DNA of 62,641 nt, filler included, from Basidiobolus ranarum (taxonomy: Eukaryota), in assembly GCA_040143965.1 (NCBI GenBank). It is 25 parts of 25 records of this genome, joined end to end, with 100 filler letters (N's around TTAATTAATTAA, not from the genome) between each part and the next. Parts side by side here need not be neighbours in the genome. Positions count along the whole stretch, not along the records: positions 60,243 to 62,641 come from JASJQH010010256.1; 24 more parts are not named here. The stretch is one strand, 5' to 3'. The position numbers and the translations under genes were made by a program. The notes under the pieces were generated by a model that worked only from the letters and a program-made list of their open reading frames with translations, had not been told where the DNA came from and searched no databases. Shown here in pieces: positions 61,088-62,641 of the stretch; the stretch's first letter is position 1, and every line of letters starts with the position of its first letter.

Positions 61088-62542
61088 TTAGGCCATGGAT
61101 ATTCTATTTCCAAGAAGAGAGTGCGCCCGCTCGGGCGTAAAGGTATATGCAAATGGATTAAGTCTTAGACACCTTAGATTGGGATGGGGACCGAAGTAAT
61201 GTAGAGATGCCTCAGAGATTTTCGACTGACCCATGTACAGATATTCGAGATGAAGAAGTGAGTGGGCAATTCCGTATATCACTTCGTCACCAATTCGTGG
61301 CTCTAAATTCTCAATTGTCCCCAATTTTAATGTTTTGAGATGACAACAGGATTTCAAACATTGTAACAAGTGCTTAGACTGATAACGCATTTTTTGGATA
61401 TCCAAATGGAGTATGTTGGGACAGTGTATTGCTAGAACAGGCAATAAATTTCCGAGCTCTTGATTCTCCGTTAATATGGTGACTTGGCGTAAATTCACAC
61501 CAGCGGTGCGAATGATAGCCTCACATGTGTATGAAGTAAATGGAATATTTTCAAGTCGAAGTTTGGTCAATTTACGAAATGAGGATGCAACATTAAACAT
61601 CGCATCATCGTCAGCAAGCTTCCAGCCTGCGAGCTTCAACGATGTCAGGTTCGGAAACTGGGAAAGTTTGGATAAGGCGGTATTAAATAGAAATTTGTCC
61701 TGAGGTTCTACCAATGTTAAAATACACATAGAGAGTCTAAGATGCGTGATGCTTTCGGAGTGGTACTGAAGCAATGCATCTACCGTATGATGAATTGAAT
61801 AGGATTCCATAGAACGGATGACTAACTTCTTCATGCTTCTTGGGGTTTGATGAGATATTACTTTGGCAACCGCAGTATCGTCAACAACAGTGGCCGTGAT
61901 CTTTAGAACTTCTAGATTGGAGCACGTACTATTGATAAGATCAGCATGGAGCAGCTTAAAGCTGACAAGTTCAATATCGAGCGTAGTGAGTAACGAGTGA
62001 GAGCTGAGTGGTAAGAATTGCTCCAGGGGAATGGAACGAGACAAAACAAGCTTGCGGATTCTGTGTCCATGTTTAGACCATAAATATTTTGCTAATATTT
62101 CGGCCACTTCTATACTAATAAAGAACTGACAGAAGTCCAAAGTTCCATTCGCCAAATCAGAATTAGTGTTCCACGAAATGGACATCAACCAAATTAAATC
62201 TATCTCTCGCAAATACCCAAGATAGTCTACTAGTGGCTTAAAAGTATTGGTTTCACGGATCATTTCCCATTGATCTAAATCCTTTAGAGATTGTGGAGGT
62301 ATGCAGTTAATGAAAGTCTGGCATAGCTTGGTAACACGATGATTTACGAGCGAGTAATTATTATTAGGTGCGTTAGGTAAGGCGAATTCTTCAGGCAGGT
62401 ATTTCCATGGATGCCTGTACAGGATACATAGCGCCTGAGTACACCAGAGCTTATTTACACTTGAGACGTTGTGGAGAGTTGAGTAATCATCCGACACCCA
62501 AGAGAGGATTTTGGAGATGCATTGTGGAGGAAAAGCTGACAT
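61088..62542 (-). CDS. F-box / RNI-like leucine-rich repeat protein (~484 aa)
   Basis: N-terminal FPPQCISKIL...LHNVSSVNKLWC...ILYRHP (F-box-like), DYLGYLREID, then repeated C/F.NL..L.L LRR units; ATG at 62542 preferred over the upstream TTG. Confidence 0.82.
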   Translation of the reverse strand: MSAFPPQCISKILSWVSDDYSTLHNVSSVNKLWCTQALCILYRHPWKYLPEEFALPNAPNNNYSLVNHRVTKLCQTFINCIPPQSLKDLDQWEMIRETNTFKPLVDYLGYLREIDLIWLMSISWNTNSDLANGTLDFCQFFISIEVAEILAKYLWSKHGHRIRKLVLSRSIPLEQFLPLSSHSLLTTLDIELVSFKLLHADLINSTCSNLEVLKITATVVDDTAVAKVISHQTPRSMKKLVIRSMESYSIHHTVDALLQYHSESITHLRLSMCILTLVEPQDKFLFNTALSKLSQFPNLTSLKLAGWKLADDDAMFNVASSFRKLTKLRLENIPFTSYTCEAIIRTAGVNLRQVTILTENQELGNLLPVLAIHCPNILHLDIQKMRYQSKHLLQCLKSCCHLKTLKLGTIENLEPRIGDEVIYGIAHSLLHLEYLYMGQSKISEASLHYFGPHPNLRCLRLNPFAYTFTPERAHSLLGNRISMA

Positions 62543-62641
62543 GGGGTACAGATTGAAGATAAAATATACCAGCAGCTGGCAAAGTAAAAAATGCAAGTAG
62601 TGGGTGTAGAGTTGACACAGACGTGAAGAAATAATGGTTAT

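Overview
This is not one contiguous locus. It is 25 short contigs (2421 down to 2399 bp, sorted by decreasing length) joined by 100-nt artificial spacers (N44-TTAATTAATTAA-N44), so adjacency across spacers has no meaning. The content is eukaryotic and fungal. Short GT-AG introns, an MCM1-type MADS-box gene, MUS81, uricase, an aquaporin, a CBM19-like protein and an F-box/LRR protein suggest an early-diverging fungus (Zoopagomycota/Mucoromycota-like; inference). One contig is mitochondrial-type (rps3, trnS-UGA, trnP-UGG) and is full of G/C-rich insertions. About 17 contigs are nested, decayed transposons: two Ty1/copia families with ~350-bp LTRs and half-tRNAiMet (copia/Ty5-type) primer-binding sites, a chromodomain Ty3/gypsy family, and an EnSpm/CACTA-type DNA transposon. 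That transposon can be rebuilt across contigs as a ~5.2-kb element with CCCTAACA...TGTTAGGG termini and a divergently oriented, unrecognised second ORF. The most notable observations are a fossil protein-primed family B DNA polymerase (Polinton/linear-plasmid type), the GC-invaded mitochondrial rps3, a tandem array of at least three divergent uricase genes, and CpG decay that appears confined to the repeats. All alignments were made by eye; no searches were run.
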